Positions 30,975 to 40,716 are shown, counted from the stretch's first letter. The stretch is 64,000 bases of DNA from Candidatus Thalassarchaeaceae archaeon (GCA_023700245.1 JAJPRE010000002.1:34363-98362); one strand, 5' to 3'. Program-made: numbers and translations. The notes: a model not told the origin generated them from the letters alone.

Positions 30975-31427
30975 TCAATCCCAAATGTGACTATCTATAC
31001 GTCCTTCGGCTTGTTTTTCTGCCATTTCCTGAACGTTCGTCCTTCTTTTTATATCTTCCTTTTCAAATTTTAGTAACTCTTCATCTTCTAAATATGTCCT
31101 TCTCATGTGGATGACTAGTTTAATCTCTATAATTACATCCCTTGATATGGCTCTAAAATGCCCATTATTATCCAATATATCTACGGAATTTCTAGATGTG
31201 CCAATTAACATCCCACCAATTCTATTTGATTCTCCATTTTTTAAAACTCTATTATCTATTATAATTTCTACTAAATCATCTTTCCTTAGTCCATAACGTC
31301 TATCTATCAAAGGACCATGAAATATATCAACAGTATTTTTTAAATTTGGAGATCCATGTTTTTCATATATTTGTCTAGCCCAATCAGGTATTTTGTTAAT
31401 ATTACTTAACCCCCCTTCGCTTACCAT
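30975..31427 (-). CDS. Hypothetical protein (possible Sm-like/SH3-type beta barrel)
   Basis: First gene of a 4-gene minus-strand run; TTTATAAA box upstream. Fold is a guess from strand pattern. Confidence 0.6.
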   Translation of the reverse strand: MVSEGGLSNINKIPDWARQIYEKHGSPNLKNTVDIFHGPLIDRRYGLRKDDLVEIIIDNRVLKNGESNRIGGMLIGTSRNSVDILDNNGHFRAISRDVIIEIKLVIHMRRTYLEDEELLKFEKEDIKRRTNVQEMAEKQAEGRIDSHIWD

Positions 31428-31544
31428 ATCCGACTCGCCAGCGTGTTTATAAAAAAAGAAGACGGGTATATATTCGTCTTTGGCTCATAAATTGACTAAT
31501 GATTTCAAGTGTTATGCGTGTGACCACTCATATGAGGGAGTCAT

Positions 31545-32639
31545 ATGGCATCAGTTGAATGGCGATCTATACCTACTGTATTATACCCTCAAGAAATTCT
31601 CGATAAAGCTTTCTCTAGAGCGAGCAAACAAGCTGATATGGTAGAGGATCCTGATAAATATCATCGTGTAAGAAAACAAATGAATAGAATGATTCAATCT
31701 GCATCCGATGTGATATCTTCAACACTTCTTGCTTACGTTTCTAAATGGCCTAGTCTGAATGCATTGTCTGATTTTGATCAAGCATTAGTTGATGCGGCAG
31801 TAGGTTCAGATGATTATAAGAAGAATTTAGCAGCCTTGCAATGGGCATCAGAAAAAGTCATCAAAATTTCATTAGATTCTCAACGGAATATATTACATCT
31901 CAGGGACATTGATGGATTTCATAAATCAAGAAGGCATGCCTATGGTCGCTTTTCTTCCATTATTGATCAAATTGCTTCTCCGATAGTGTGGTTAGGAGAT
32001 GCAAGAAATGTTTTAAGAAAATTACCGGCAATAGATTCTCTAGAACCATGTATCGTAGTTGCTGGATCTCCAAACGTTGGGAAATCTGCTATGATTAATG
32101 CCCTTTCATCAGGTGAACCTGAAGTTGCATCATACCCATTTACTACTAAGCAATTACATCTAGGTCATTTTTATCATCGTAGACGGGCTTATCAGATAGT
32201 AGATACTCCTGGTTTACTGGATAGACCAATGTATGAGAGGAACAATATTGAGATGCAAGCAATAGCGGCTTTAGAAAATGTGGGTAATTTATTATTATTC
32301 CTAATTGATGCAACTGAAAATGCAACAACTCCTCTAGAGGAACAATTAAATTTATTGAAAGAAGTAAAAAGAGCAATATCTGGAAAGCCATTATTGATAA
32401 TACATACAAAAATAGATCTTTTTGATGTAATTCCCGATAATTTTGAATATTGCATAAGTGCCGAATCAGGCATAGGAATTAAAGAACTAAAGTCGCAAAT
32501 AATAAAAGAAATAGGCGCAGATATAATTCCTAACCCATTAGAATTACCAGAACATTGGCATAGGCAAGACGACTCCATTAAACCATTAGGTTCAACACAA
32601 GAAATTCTTCGCCGTTATGATGAAGATAAGTATTTATAA
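31545..32639 (+). CDS. NOG1-family GTPase (ribosome biogenesis)
   Basis: EILDKAFSRA, GSPNVGKS, ASYPFTTK, DTPGLLDRP..ERNNIE, TKID. Confidence 0.9.
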   Translation: MASVEWRSIPTVLYPQEILDKAFSRASKQADMVEDPDKYHRVRKQMNRMIQSASDVISSTLLAYVSKWPSLNALSDFDQALVDAAVGSDDYKKNLAALQWASEKVIKISLDSQRNILHLRDIDGFHKSRRHAYGRFSSIIDQIASPIVWLGDARNVLRKLPAIDSLEPCIVVAGSPNVGKSAMINALSSGEPEVASYPFTTKQLHLGHFYHRRRAYQIVDTPGLLDRPMYERNNIEMQAIAALENVGNLLLFLIDATENATTPLEEQLNLLKEVKRAISGKPLLIIHTKIDLFDVIPDNFEYCISAESGIGIKELKSQIIKEIGADIIPNPLELPEHWHRQDDSIKPLGSTQEILRRYDEDKYL

Positions 32640-32753
32640 AATTCTCCAATTATGGCCACATGTGGTACAAAATATTTGATAGCCACCTACGGATCTATCT
32701 AGGCCACTTATCTCTTTTTTACTTCCACAGTTCGGACAATTATGTACGACCAT
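32634..32753 (-). CDS. 39-aa zinc-ribbon microprotein, not in the ORF track
   Basis: Hand translation MVVHNCPNCGSKKEISGLDRSVGGYQIFCTTCGHNWRIL*. Two CxxCG knuckles; fills the intergenic gap; TTTGAATAA at -30..-22. Confidence 0.72.
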   Translation of the reverse strand: MVVHNCPNCGSKKEISGLDRSVGGYQIFCTTCGHNWRIL

Positions 32754-32802
32754 GTCATACCCACTGTGAATTAGTTATTCAAAGGTGCTATATTAACAAA
32801 AA

Positions 32803-33384
32803 TTAAGTATTCCTAAATTTTTCAAACCACTTTTTTATCGGAAATGCCATTTCGGTAGCGCCAATGAATAGAAATAGCCCAACTGCAGCTAGTAAGAGCT
32901 CTATTATTGAATTTAATGAAACTTTGATATCTAAAGTTACATCTTGATTACTAATTGTTGAACCATCCTTGCCTCCAGTTATGAATCTATATTCATTTGG
33001 GTACATATCAAATTTCAAATTACCTTCAGAATCCGATCCTCCTGCTATTATGAATCCTTCAAAATCATCTTCAGTGCAGTTAGTTAATCCATTACTATCC
33101 GGTTCACAGATCTCTGGATATTTATTTATTACTCCAAACCAACTTCTATCGGGTTCTCCCCAATTTATATCAACTTCAATTTGCAATAATTTGAATGCAT
33201 TTGGGACATTGATGTCCGAACTTGTCATCCCAATTCTGCAACCTATATCCTCATCATCGCTACAGGGAACTATAGGTATGTCATTTATTTTTTCTTGATG
33301 GGAAAATCCAATTATGCTTCCCAATAATATTAATATACATATTGCTCCTACAAATCCTGGTAATATGGATAATATTTTCATCAT
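32803..33384 (-). CDS. Hypothetical membrane-anchored protein
   Basis: N- and C-terminal TM helices around an acidic domain with four Cys. Confidence 0.6.
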   Translation of the reverse strand: MMKILSILPGFVGAICILILLGSIIGFSHQEKINDIPIVPCSDDEDIGCRIGMTSSDINVPNAFKLLQIEVDINWGEPDRSWFGVINKYPEICEPDSNGLTNCTEDDFEGFIIAGGSDSEGNLKFDMYPNEYRFITGGKDGSTISNQDVTLDIKVSLNSIIELLLAAVGLFLFIGATEMAFPIKKWFEKFRNT

Positions 33385-33398
33385 ATTATGTCCCCGTA

Positions 33399-33695
33399 TT
33401 AGTTAGTTTGTTGCATATTTAAGATTAAGAAAAATATTGCAATCGCTGGAAATAGATACATCATTATTGTCAACCTCTTTCGTGCTTTATCCTTCTTAAT
33501 CCATGAATTAGAACATTTATCGGCATTACATACTGGAGGATCCCTTTCCAATGGGACGGGTTTCCAACAAATTGAGCAATGTCTATGGGGCGATATACTT
33601 CCTTCATCTTTCATTTTCATTTTTCTAGAAGCATTATTTCTAGCTTCCTTAGCAGTTCTTTGTGCTGCTCTTAAAATAGTATCTTTACGACTCAA
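33399..33695 (-). CDS. DUF2116-like zinc-ribbon membrane protein
   Basis: PHRHCSICWKPVP...VCNADKC followed by basic stretch and C-terminal TM; follows pyrH as in other Euryarchaeota. Confidence 0.7.
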   Translation of the reverse strand: MSRKDTILRAAQRTAKEARNNASRKMKMKDEGSISPHRHCSICWKPVPLERDPPVCNADKCSNSWIKKDKARKRLTIMMYLFPAIAIFFLILNMQQTN

Positions 33696-33699
33696 AAAC

Positions 33700-34401
33700 T
33701 CACCAACTTACTATTGTGCCTTCAAAATTACTTCCTTCCATTGAATTTTTTAAATTATTTATTTTTCTACCATCTAAAATATTTAATTCCATCTTATTAA
33801 CTATTGCACACTCAACTCCAATTGGATCAACAACTTGTGAATCTCCTGCTCGAGAATGTTCAGGAGGGCCAACTATATTTTGTAAATCGACCAATGATAA
33901 AGAATCAAATGAACGGGCATCCGAACTCTTTCTCGGATCTTTATCATATACTTTCGATACATTCGTTGCAATGATACATTTTGATGAATTAGTTGCAACA
34001 GCCAATTTTATGGCTACATTATCGGTTGTATGCCCAGGTTGTGTGCCTCCCATTACTACTACGTCAAAATCCATCATCAAATTAACTGCCACTTCGATAG
34101 AATCTGGAACTGTACTGCAAGTTGAAATTCCCGCCTCAATAAGAACTTCTTTAATTATAGTTGCATTTAAACGCGTGGCTGCTATTCCAATTTTATCTAA
34201 TGCATTAACATCACTGATTAATGGCTTTACTAAATCAATGCTTTCTCTGGCCGGACTACCTCCGCCAACCACGAGGCCTATTTTTGTCCCATTATTGACT
34301 ATTTTACCTATGATGTCAACTAATTCAGTAAGCCAGATTTGACGCATTTCAATTTCTGGGCGCAATAAACTTCCTCCCAATGCAGCCACGATGGTCGCCA
34401 T
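33700..34401 (-). CDS. pyrH: UMP kinase (archaeal type)
   Basis: LGGS, VVGGG..AR, DKIGIAATRLNA, MGGTQPGHTTD, TNVSKVYDKDP, VVDP. Confidence 0.92.
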   Translation of the reverse strand: MATIVAALGGSLLRPEIEMRQIWLTELVDIIGKIVNNGTKIGLVVGGGSPARESIDLVKPLISDVNALDKIGIAATRLNATIIKEVLIEAGISTCSTVPDSIEVAVNLMMDFDVVVMGGTQPGHTTDNVAIKLAVATNSSKCIIATNVSKVYDKDPRKSSDARSFDSLSLVDLQNIVGPPEHSRAGDSQVVDPIGVECAIVNKMELNILDGRKINNLKNSMEGSNFEGTIVSW

Positions 34402-34499
34402 TAGATGAGGGAAGAAGATACTCCCTTTCAAGTTCTATGCTCTAAATAGGCTGAAGGGTTGAAATGCATTCCCCCACGACATTTCACGGAGGGGCGTCT

Positions 34500-35750
34500 A
34501 TGGCTGAAGATTTAGAAACACAACAGCGCAGATTAAAACTTAAAAAAACCCTTGAAGAACTTTCACAGATGAAGGGCATGGGAACTGAATTAGTAACAGT
34601 TATCATACCTCCTGATAAGATGATAAGTGATGTAAGGCATCAACTATCTCAAGAGGCCGGTCAAGCAGCCAATATTAAATCTAAATCTACAAAAAAACAT
34701 GTTACCGATGCAATAGAATCTGCGTTGTCTACTCTTAACAGATACAAGACACCCGGCATAAGTGGAATTGCAATATTTGTTGGACACGTAATTGTGGGAA
34801 ATAATAAAACTCGATTAATTTCTACAGTAATTGATGATCCTCATGAACCATTCACTTCTTCCAGATATAGATGCGACTCATCCTTTGAAGTTAGTCAACT
34901 TGAAGAAATGTTAATCGATAGGACGGCATATGGTTTGTTTGTGATAGATCGTTCCGAAGCCGCATATGGATTAGCATCTGGAAAAAGATTACATTGTCAA
35001 GAACATGTGACTTCCTTGGTCCCTTCAAAACATGGAAGAGGAGGGCAATCTGCTCAAAGATTCGAAAGATTAATCGAAGAAGCAGCACATAAATTCTTCA
35101 AAAAATCTGCTGAAAGGGCGTGTGCTTATTGGTTACCTATGATTGATAATTTGAAAGGAATAATAATTGGGGGCCCAGGGGCTACAAAAGATTTTGTAAT
35201 TAGAAATGATTACTTCCACCATGAGATTACAAAACTTATCAGAGAGCCTTATTTTGATGTAGGGTATTCCAATGAAAGTGGCCTGAGGGAACTCATACAA
35301 AGGGCAGGAGGACTAATGGACCAGATAGAATTGGATGTCGAAAGAAAATTAGTAGATAATTTTCTCAGGGAAGTAATGCAAACTAATCCAAAAGCAACTT
35401 ATGGAGAAGTAATGATTCGTTCAGCATTAGAACAAGGCGCAGTTGAAACATTACTTCTGTCTGAAGCATTATCAAAGCGTAGAGTAGAATGGTCATGTAA
35501 AAAGTGTAAAGAAATCTGGGAATCTACTCAAAATAATCGATCTGAGATTCCTAAATGCCCTAAATGTAAATCCTCAGATGATGTCATCAATAATCCTGAT
35601 AAAACTATCGATTTAATAGATGAACTTTCTCTTTTAGCGGCACGTACTTCTTCCAAAGTTAGGTTAGTATCCTTAGATACTGAAGAAGGGGCAACTCTAA
35701 ATGCAGCATTTGGGGGTATAGCAGCCCTCTTAAGATATTCATGGTCGTGA
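34500..35750 (+). CDS. prf1: Peptide chain release factor aRF1
   Basis: GTELVTVIIPP, NIKS, YRCDS, KHGRGGQSAQRF, GGPG, FGGIAALLRY; CxxC/CxxC insert in the C domain. Confidence 0.96.
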   Translation: MAEDLETQQRRLKLKKTLEELSQMKGMGTELVTVIIPPDKMISDVRHQLSQEAGQAANIKSKSTKKHVTDAIESALSTLNRYKTPGISGIAIFVGHVIVGNNKTRLISTVIDDPHEPFTSSRYRCDSSFEVSQLEEMLIDRTAYGLFVIDRSEAAYGLASGKRLHCQEHVTSLVPSKHGRGGQSAQRFERLIEEAAHKFFKKSAERACAYWLPMIDNLKGIIIGGPGATKDFVIRNDYFHHEITKLIREPYFDVGYSNESGLRELIQRAGGLMDQIELDVERKLVDNFLREVMQTNPKATYGEVMIRSALEQGAVETLLLSEALSKRRVEWSCKKCKEIWESTQNNRSEIPKCPKCKSSDDVINNPDKTIDLIDELSLLAARTSSKVRLVSLDTEEGATLNAAFGGIAALLRYSWS

Positions 35751-35759
35751 GGAATTTTT

Positions 35760-37502
35760 TTGCAAATATTGATAAAAGAAATCTTTCCATTTTTTGAGGA
35801 GGTATTTTCTAAACTAGGTGTAGAAGAAAATAATTGGATCAATCTTCTCGCTTCGGCTACAAAAGAAGGCCATGCCGATGTTGCACTGCCCTGTCATTCT
35901 TTATCTAAAATTCTTAAAAAATCACCTCTTCAAATATCATCAGATGTAATTGATTTACTTTCTAATGATTTATCGGAAATTGCTAAAATCTCATGTATGA
36001 ATGGTTTCATTAACGTTCAAGCCACAAATGATTGGATGGGGTCAAAACTTCAGGAAATATCATCTGACTCAAGATTGGGAATTCCTGAGGAAGCCAATCG
36101 TAAAATAGTAGTTGACTATTCTGCACCTAATGTTGCTAAAGAAATGCATGTAGGTCATCTTCGTTCCACTGTTATAGGTGATTCAATAGTTAGGATATTA
36201 TTATTCAAAGGCCATACTGTCATTAGGGAGAATCATATTGGTGATTGGGGTACTCCATTTGGCATGCTAATAGAGCATCTTTTGGATATGGGCGAAGGTG
36301 AAGCAGCAAATGAACTCAATGTTGGTGATTTAGATGGATTTTATAAACAAGCCAGATCTAAGTTTAATTCCTCAAATGATTTTGCAAAAAGATCCAGAAA
36401 TAGAGTTGTACTATTGCAAAGTGGTGATTCTGGCACATTGAGATTATGGAAAATTTTGGTTTCTGAGTCAATGCGATATTTTAATGAAGTATATTCAATG
36501 TTGAATGTTTTACTTATTGATGAGGATATCAAAGGTGAATCCTCTTATCATGATTTATTGCCAGTTGTAATTGAACGACTTAAGGACACCAATATTCTAG
36601 TGGAAAGTGATGGTGCAGAAGTCGTTTTTCCTCGGAAAAAATGGATTAATAGGGAAGGTAAAGAAATGCCAATGATAATTCGAAAAGGCGACGGAGGATA
36701 TAATTATTCAGCTACTGATTTGGCTTGCATCATAGATAGGGCTGAAAATTTAAGAATTAATGATTTTCTTTATGTTGTAGGGACTCCTCAAAAACAACAT
36801 TTCGAAATGGTTTTTGATATTGCTGAAATGGCAGGCTTGATTAACGAAAATCATAATTTGGTACATATAAATTTTGGTTCAGTACTCGGACCGGATGGAA
36901 AAATATTCAAAAGTAGAGAGGGCAATACTATCAAATTAGTTGATCTATTATTGGAATCAATTTCAAGGGCAGAGGCCACAATAAAAGAAAAAAATCCTTC
37001 ATTAAAATCTAATGAACGTAATAAAGTAGCTAAAATGATAGGCATAGGTGCAGTCAAATATGCTGATTTATCTACCGAAAGATCCAAAGATTATATTTTC
37101 AATTGGGACAAAATGTTATCCTTCGAGGGCAATACATCGCCTTATTTACAATACGCACATGCTAGAATTTGTAGTATATTTGCTAAATCAAATATATCCA
37201 GAAATGTTTCCCGTAATTCTAAATTTAATATTTTTGAGAAAGAAGAACAACTTCTTTCTAGGAGGCTAATTGCATTTTCTAGCCATTTGGAAGAGACTAT
37301 GGCTAATTATTCTCCTCATAGATTATGTAATTATTTATACTCATTAGCATCATCTTTTGCTTCATTTTATGAAAATTGCCAGGTTTTAAAATCTGAAAAC
37401 ATAGAAATCATGCACAGTAGGTTGGCACTATGTGATTTAACTGCTAGGACTTTAAATTTAGGAATGGAATTGTTGGGAATCGAATGCCCCGAAGAAATGT
37501 AG
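35760..37502 (+). CDS. argS: Arginine--tRNA ligase
   Basis: VDYSAPNVAKEMHVGHLRST, NHIGDWGT, FKSREG, GNTSPYLQYAHAR. Confidence 0.96.
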   Translation: MQILIKEIFPFFEEVFSKLGVEENNWINLLASATKEGHADVALPCHSLSKILKKSPLQISSDVIDLLSNDLSEIAKISCMNGFINVQATNDWMGSKLQEISSDSRLGIPEEANRKIVVDYSAPNVAKEMHVGHLRSTVIGDSIVRILLFKGHTVIRENHIGDWGTPFGMLIEHLLDMGEGEAANELNVGDLDGFYKQARSKFNSSNDFAKRSRNRVVLLQSGDSGTLRLWKILVSESMRYFNEVYSMLNVLLIDEDIKGESSYHDLLPVVIERLKDTNILVESDGAEVVFPRKKWINREGKEMPMIIRKGDGGYNYSATDLACIIDRAENLRINDFLYVVGTPQKQHFEMVFDIAEMAGLINENHNLVHINFGSVLGPDGKIFKSREGNTIKLVDLLLESISRAEATIKEKNPSLKSNERNKVAKMIGIGAVKYADLSTERSKDYIFNWDKMLSFEGNTSPYLQYAHARICSIFAKSNISRNVSRNSKFNIFEKEEQLLSRRLIAFSSHLEETMANYSPHRLCNYLYSLASSFASFYENCQVLKSENIEIMHSRLALCDLTARTLNLGMELLGIECPEEM

Positions 37503-37504
37503 TT

Positions 37505-39226
37505 TTAATTATACGACAAATATCTTACAAAGCTACCATAAATAATTCCCGATAATGCTAAACTTTCTTCGTTAAATCTATCCATTGTATCTAAATAGGT
37601 GTGATACTCTGATGAACCAGAGCCATAACAAACCAAAGAATTCCCAAATTTATCTTCACTAATTTCATAAACAAACGGGGCATGATCTGAATTCTTGGGC
37701 ATTTCTTCAGAATCTAAAAGCATTACATTAATTTTGTATTTATCATATAAGTTACTATATTCATCCCTAAAGGTCTTAACAATTTTATTGATGTGGGATA
37801 TGTCATTATTGTTATTTCCGAATAAAGTTACCCCATTATTTCTTTCTAAGTCTACGTGATTCATATCCAAATTGATATACAGTCTGAGATCTTTTTCTAA
37901 TCTATTCTGATGTTTTTTTACCCATTCGCTTGACCCCAACAACCCTTCTTCTTCGCCTCCCCAAGTACAGAACCACAAGGTATATTCAGGCTCACCGTGT
38001 TCATTTAATATTTCACTAAATTGTCTAGATATTTCTTGAAGCGTAGCGGCCCCTGCAGTATTATCAATTGCTCCCTGGCCATTATAGACTGTGTCGTGAT
38101 GTGCACCAAAAATAATTAATTTATCCGTTTTACCTTGTATTATCCCACAAGGGACATATATTGTCCCAGTTCCTTGATTTTGAACATCAACAATCATTTG
38201 TATCCTTGAATTCCCATTAACTACTTCATTTACAATATACTCTCCAATACTTTTTGATGCCATTAAGAAACCAATGCTTTCTGGAAGATTACTAAAAGAT
38301 TCCACATTTAATGATTTAAAATATGGCACACAATCGTTTTCTATCAATTCTCCACAATTTGTTTTGTCATTAATTAAAATTAATCCTGATAATTGATTTT
38401 CTTGAGCTCTTAAAAACAATACTGTGTTATTTTCAGTTGCAGACTCATTATTTATTGAATCCCTAAGCCATACTAACCCTATTCCCTGTGATGCCGTGCC
38501 CCAATTTTTATCAGCACTTCCTACGCCTAAATCGATAACATTAGTTTCACTTGCATATCTGACGTCCATTGAACCACTGTATCCTTGAATTACATAATCT
38601 TCAGTATGTGTAAATTCTATTATATCTCTATTTACATCTGCAATTGAACATGGCGTAGGACCTGCTAAAATTCCTCCTATGTCTCCTGGAGTACATAATG
38701 ACAATTCAAATTGATTTCCCATTTCAAACATGGGGACTTCAAATTCTTCAATCGTTGAAGGTATATTCATTTCTGAGAAATTATATTTTATCGATTCAGC
38801 AGTATTTTTTTCTTCAATAGTTCCTGATAATCTTCCTCCCCAGTCTGGATGTCCGAGGTTAACCAGAGTTTGCGCGTACTCTCTAGATTGGTTTATATCA
38901 AAGTCTATTAAAATATAATCTTCTTCTCCGCCTATGATATCTAATATCCTATCTGAATTCAATAGTGCACCTCCAGACATGCCGATTATTACAATTACTA
39001 TTATCGATAACGTTGTGAATTGAATCGACTTTGTGTAATTATATTTGTCAGTAATGAAATTCATTATATGATATTTATTTTTTTTATCCTCTACAATCTC
39101 TGCATCAGTAAATATTTCACCCTCTAGTCTTTTTATGAGTTGGGCCTTATTTCCTGTATGAGGTAAATTATTATTTTTTAATTCGTATTTTAGTTCCTTA
39201 ATGGTCATATCATGCCAATTTTTCAT
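37505..39226 (-). CDS. SAP motif - TM - M28-family aminopeptidase (with PA-like insert)
   Basis: N-terminal MTIKELKYELKNNNLPHTGNKAQLIKRL; TM; GRLSGT, GAHHD, GAIDNTAG, GGEEEGLLGS, NLDM, SDHAPF, YHTYLDT. Confidence 0.88.
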   Translation of the reverse strand: MKNWHDMTIKELKYELKNNNLPHTGNKAQLIKRLEGEIFTDAEIVEDKKNKYHIMNFITDKYNYTKSIQFTTLSIIVIVIIGMSGGALLNSDRILDIIGGEEDYILIDFDINQSREYAQTLVNLGHPDWGGRLSGTIEEKNTAESIKYNFSEMNIPSTIEEFEVPMFEMGNQFELSLCTPGDIGGILAGPTPCSIADVNRDIIEFTHTEDYVIQGYSGSMDVRYASETNVIDLGVGSADKNWGTASQGIGLVWLRDSINNESATENNTVLFLRAQENQLSGLILINDKTNCGELIENDCVPYFKSLNVESFSNLPESIGFLMASKSIGEYIVNEVVNGNSRIQMIVDVQNQGTGTIYVPCGIIQGKTDKLIIFGAHHDTVYNGQGAIDNTAGAATLQEISRQFSEILNEHGEPEYTLWFCTWGGEEEGLLGSSEWVKKHQNRLEKDLRLYINLDMNHVDLERNNGVTLFGNNNNDISHINKIVKTFRDEYSNLYDKYKINVMLLDSEEMPKNSDHAPFVYEISEDKFGNSLVCYGSGSSEYHTYLDTMDRFNEESLALSGIIYGSFVRYLSYN

Positions 39227-39282
39227 AATAATTCCTACATTTAAATTTCAATAATGGGGAAGCTAAATTTATAATAAACAGA

Positions 39283-39858
39283 TTATTTATTGACTTCAGT
39301 TCCATCCCATCTTTTACCTAAATTATGTTCTATGTCTAGTTGATCTAGTATTCTAGCCACTACAAAATCTATCAATTCTTCTATTGAAGTAGGATTATGA
39401 TAAAATCCTGGGCTCGCTGGTAGAATTATAACGCCCCAGGAAGACATCTTTGCCATTGCTTCTAAATGGACAGTCGCGAAAGGAGTCTCTCGTGGAACTA
39501 AAATCAATTTTCTACCTTCTTTTAATGCTACTAGTGCACTCCTTGTAGCTAAATTATCTGAAATTCCAGCGGCAATTTTGCCAATTGTAGTTCCACTTGT
39601 TGGACATATTATGTATGCATCGAATTTAGCAGATCCGGATGCCGGTCTCGCAGCTAAATTCTTGTTATTATGTAATGTTACTCCTTCAACATTGGCTAAT
39701 TCTTCAGGGGTAATGGAGCATTCTAGTTTTAGATTTATTGCACCTGCATTTGTAACTATCAAATCTATTTTCCAATTAGCATCTAATAATGCCCTAACTA
39801 AACGGACTGCATATTGAGCCCCAGATGCCCCTGTTATTGCAACAACTGCTTTGGCCAT
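39283..39858 (-). CDS. ubiX: Flavin prenyltransferase UbiX
   Basis: VAITGASG, ALKEGRKLILVPRETP, PASPGFYHNP, RW. Confidence 0.92.
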   Translation of the reverse strand: MAKAVVAITGASGAQYAVRLVRALLDANWKIDLIVTNAGAINLKLECSITPEELANVEGVTLHNNKNLAARPASGSAKFDAYIICPTSGTTIGKIAAGISDNLATRSALVALKEGRKLILVPRETPFATVHLEAMAKMSSWGVIILPASPGFYHNPTSIEELIDFVVARILDQLDIEHNLGKRWDGTEVNK

Positions 39859-40025
39859 GTTTATTGCGTACATAGTATACATTTTGAACTATTGCTTGTA
39901 TTCTCTGAAACAAATAGTTGCGATAACTGGCAATTATACCCAATTTAATTATTATATTTTTTTTTTAATAATCATATATTGCCTCCATAGGGCTCTAGTA
40001 TGAGTAATATATTTGAAGTTAATAG

Positions 40026-40703
40026 TTATATTTTTTGATCAATATTCCAAGGCAATATATCTTTTACTTTCCTTTCTAAAGTTTTTTCAATATTGGAAAT
40101 TATGGCTTCTTCTAATCTTAAACGATCTATTTTAAAGCCTTCCTTGTCATGAGTGTGTCCTAATTTATCTAATGACGTAGTTGTCCCTTTTTCCAAGCCA
40201 CAACATAAGAGTTCCTCTATTCTATTTCCAGGAGTTGCGTAATTTATAGCCAATCCATGTCTACTGACCCATTGTAGAAATGCCAAGCCAATCGAACAAA
40301 TCTTTTTTCCGTCTATCCAAACTCCCATCATCTCTGGATTACGATATGCACTCAAACCGCAATCTAATAATGAACTAATTACTAATTGTTCAAATTTTCC
40401 TATTATTTTTCTGATACTTTGCTCCTTAGTTCCCCATTTAATTATTGGATATACTACTAATTGCCCGGGTCCATGCCAAGTAATTCCTCCGCCCCTATCA
40501 ACGTTTACTTTCTTGTAGTCACTACTTATTTGTACTTCCTCTCGTCTTGATTTAGCCCCAATTGTAACAATTTCTGGATGTTCGACAATAATTATAGTAT
40601 CAATTATTTCATCATTTATCCTCTTTTTTTGCATTACTTTCATAAAATCGGAAACTATGTTATGTTCAATTATTCCCGCCCTAAGGACTTGAACTTCATC
40701 CAA
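40026..40703 (-). CDS. lipB: Octanoyltransferase LipB
   Basis: EHP..TIG, DRGGGITWHGPGQLVVYPI, KICSIG, HGLAIN, CG. Confidence 0.88.
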   Translation of the reverse strand: MDEVQVLRAGIIEHNIVSDFMKVMQKKRINDEIIDTIIIVEHPEIVTIGAKSRREEVQISSDYKKVNVDRGGGITWHGPGQLVVYPIIKWGTKEQSIRKIIGKFEQLVISSLLDCGLSAYRNPEMMGVWIDGKKICSIGLAFLQWVSRHGLAINYATPGNRIEELLCCGLEKGTTTSLDKLGHTHDKEGFKIDRLRLEEAIISNIEKTLERKVKDILPWNIDQKI

Positions 40704-40716
40704 AAAGATTCCTCAC

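Noticed and set aside
33716..34342. 208-aa plus-strand ORF
   Set aside because: Antisense shadow of pyrH.
34460..34486. TGAAATG/CATTTCA inverted repeat upstream of aRF1
   Set aside because: Only 7 bp with a 13-nt loop; plausible by chance, no further support.
35490..35575. CxxC...CxxC insert in aRF1 as a novelty
   Set aside because: Zinc-binding minidomain inserts are already known in archaeal RF1 proteins.
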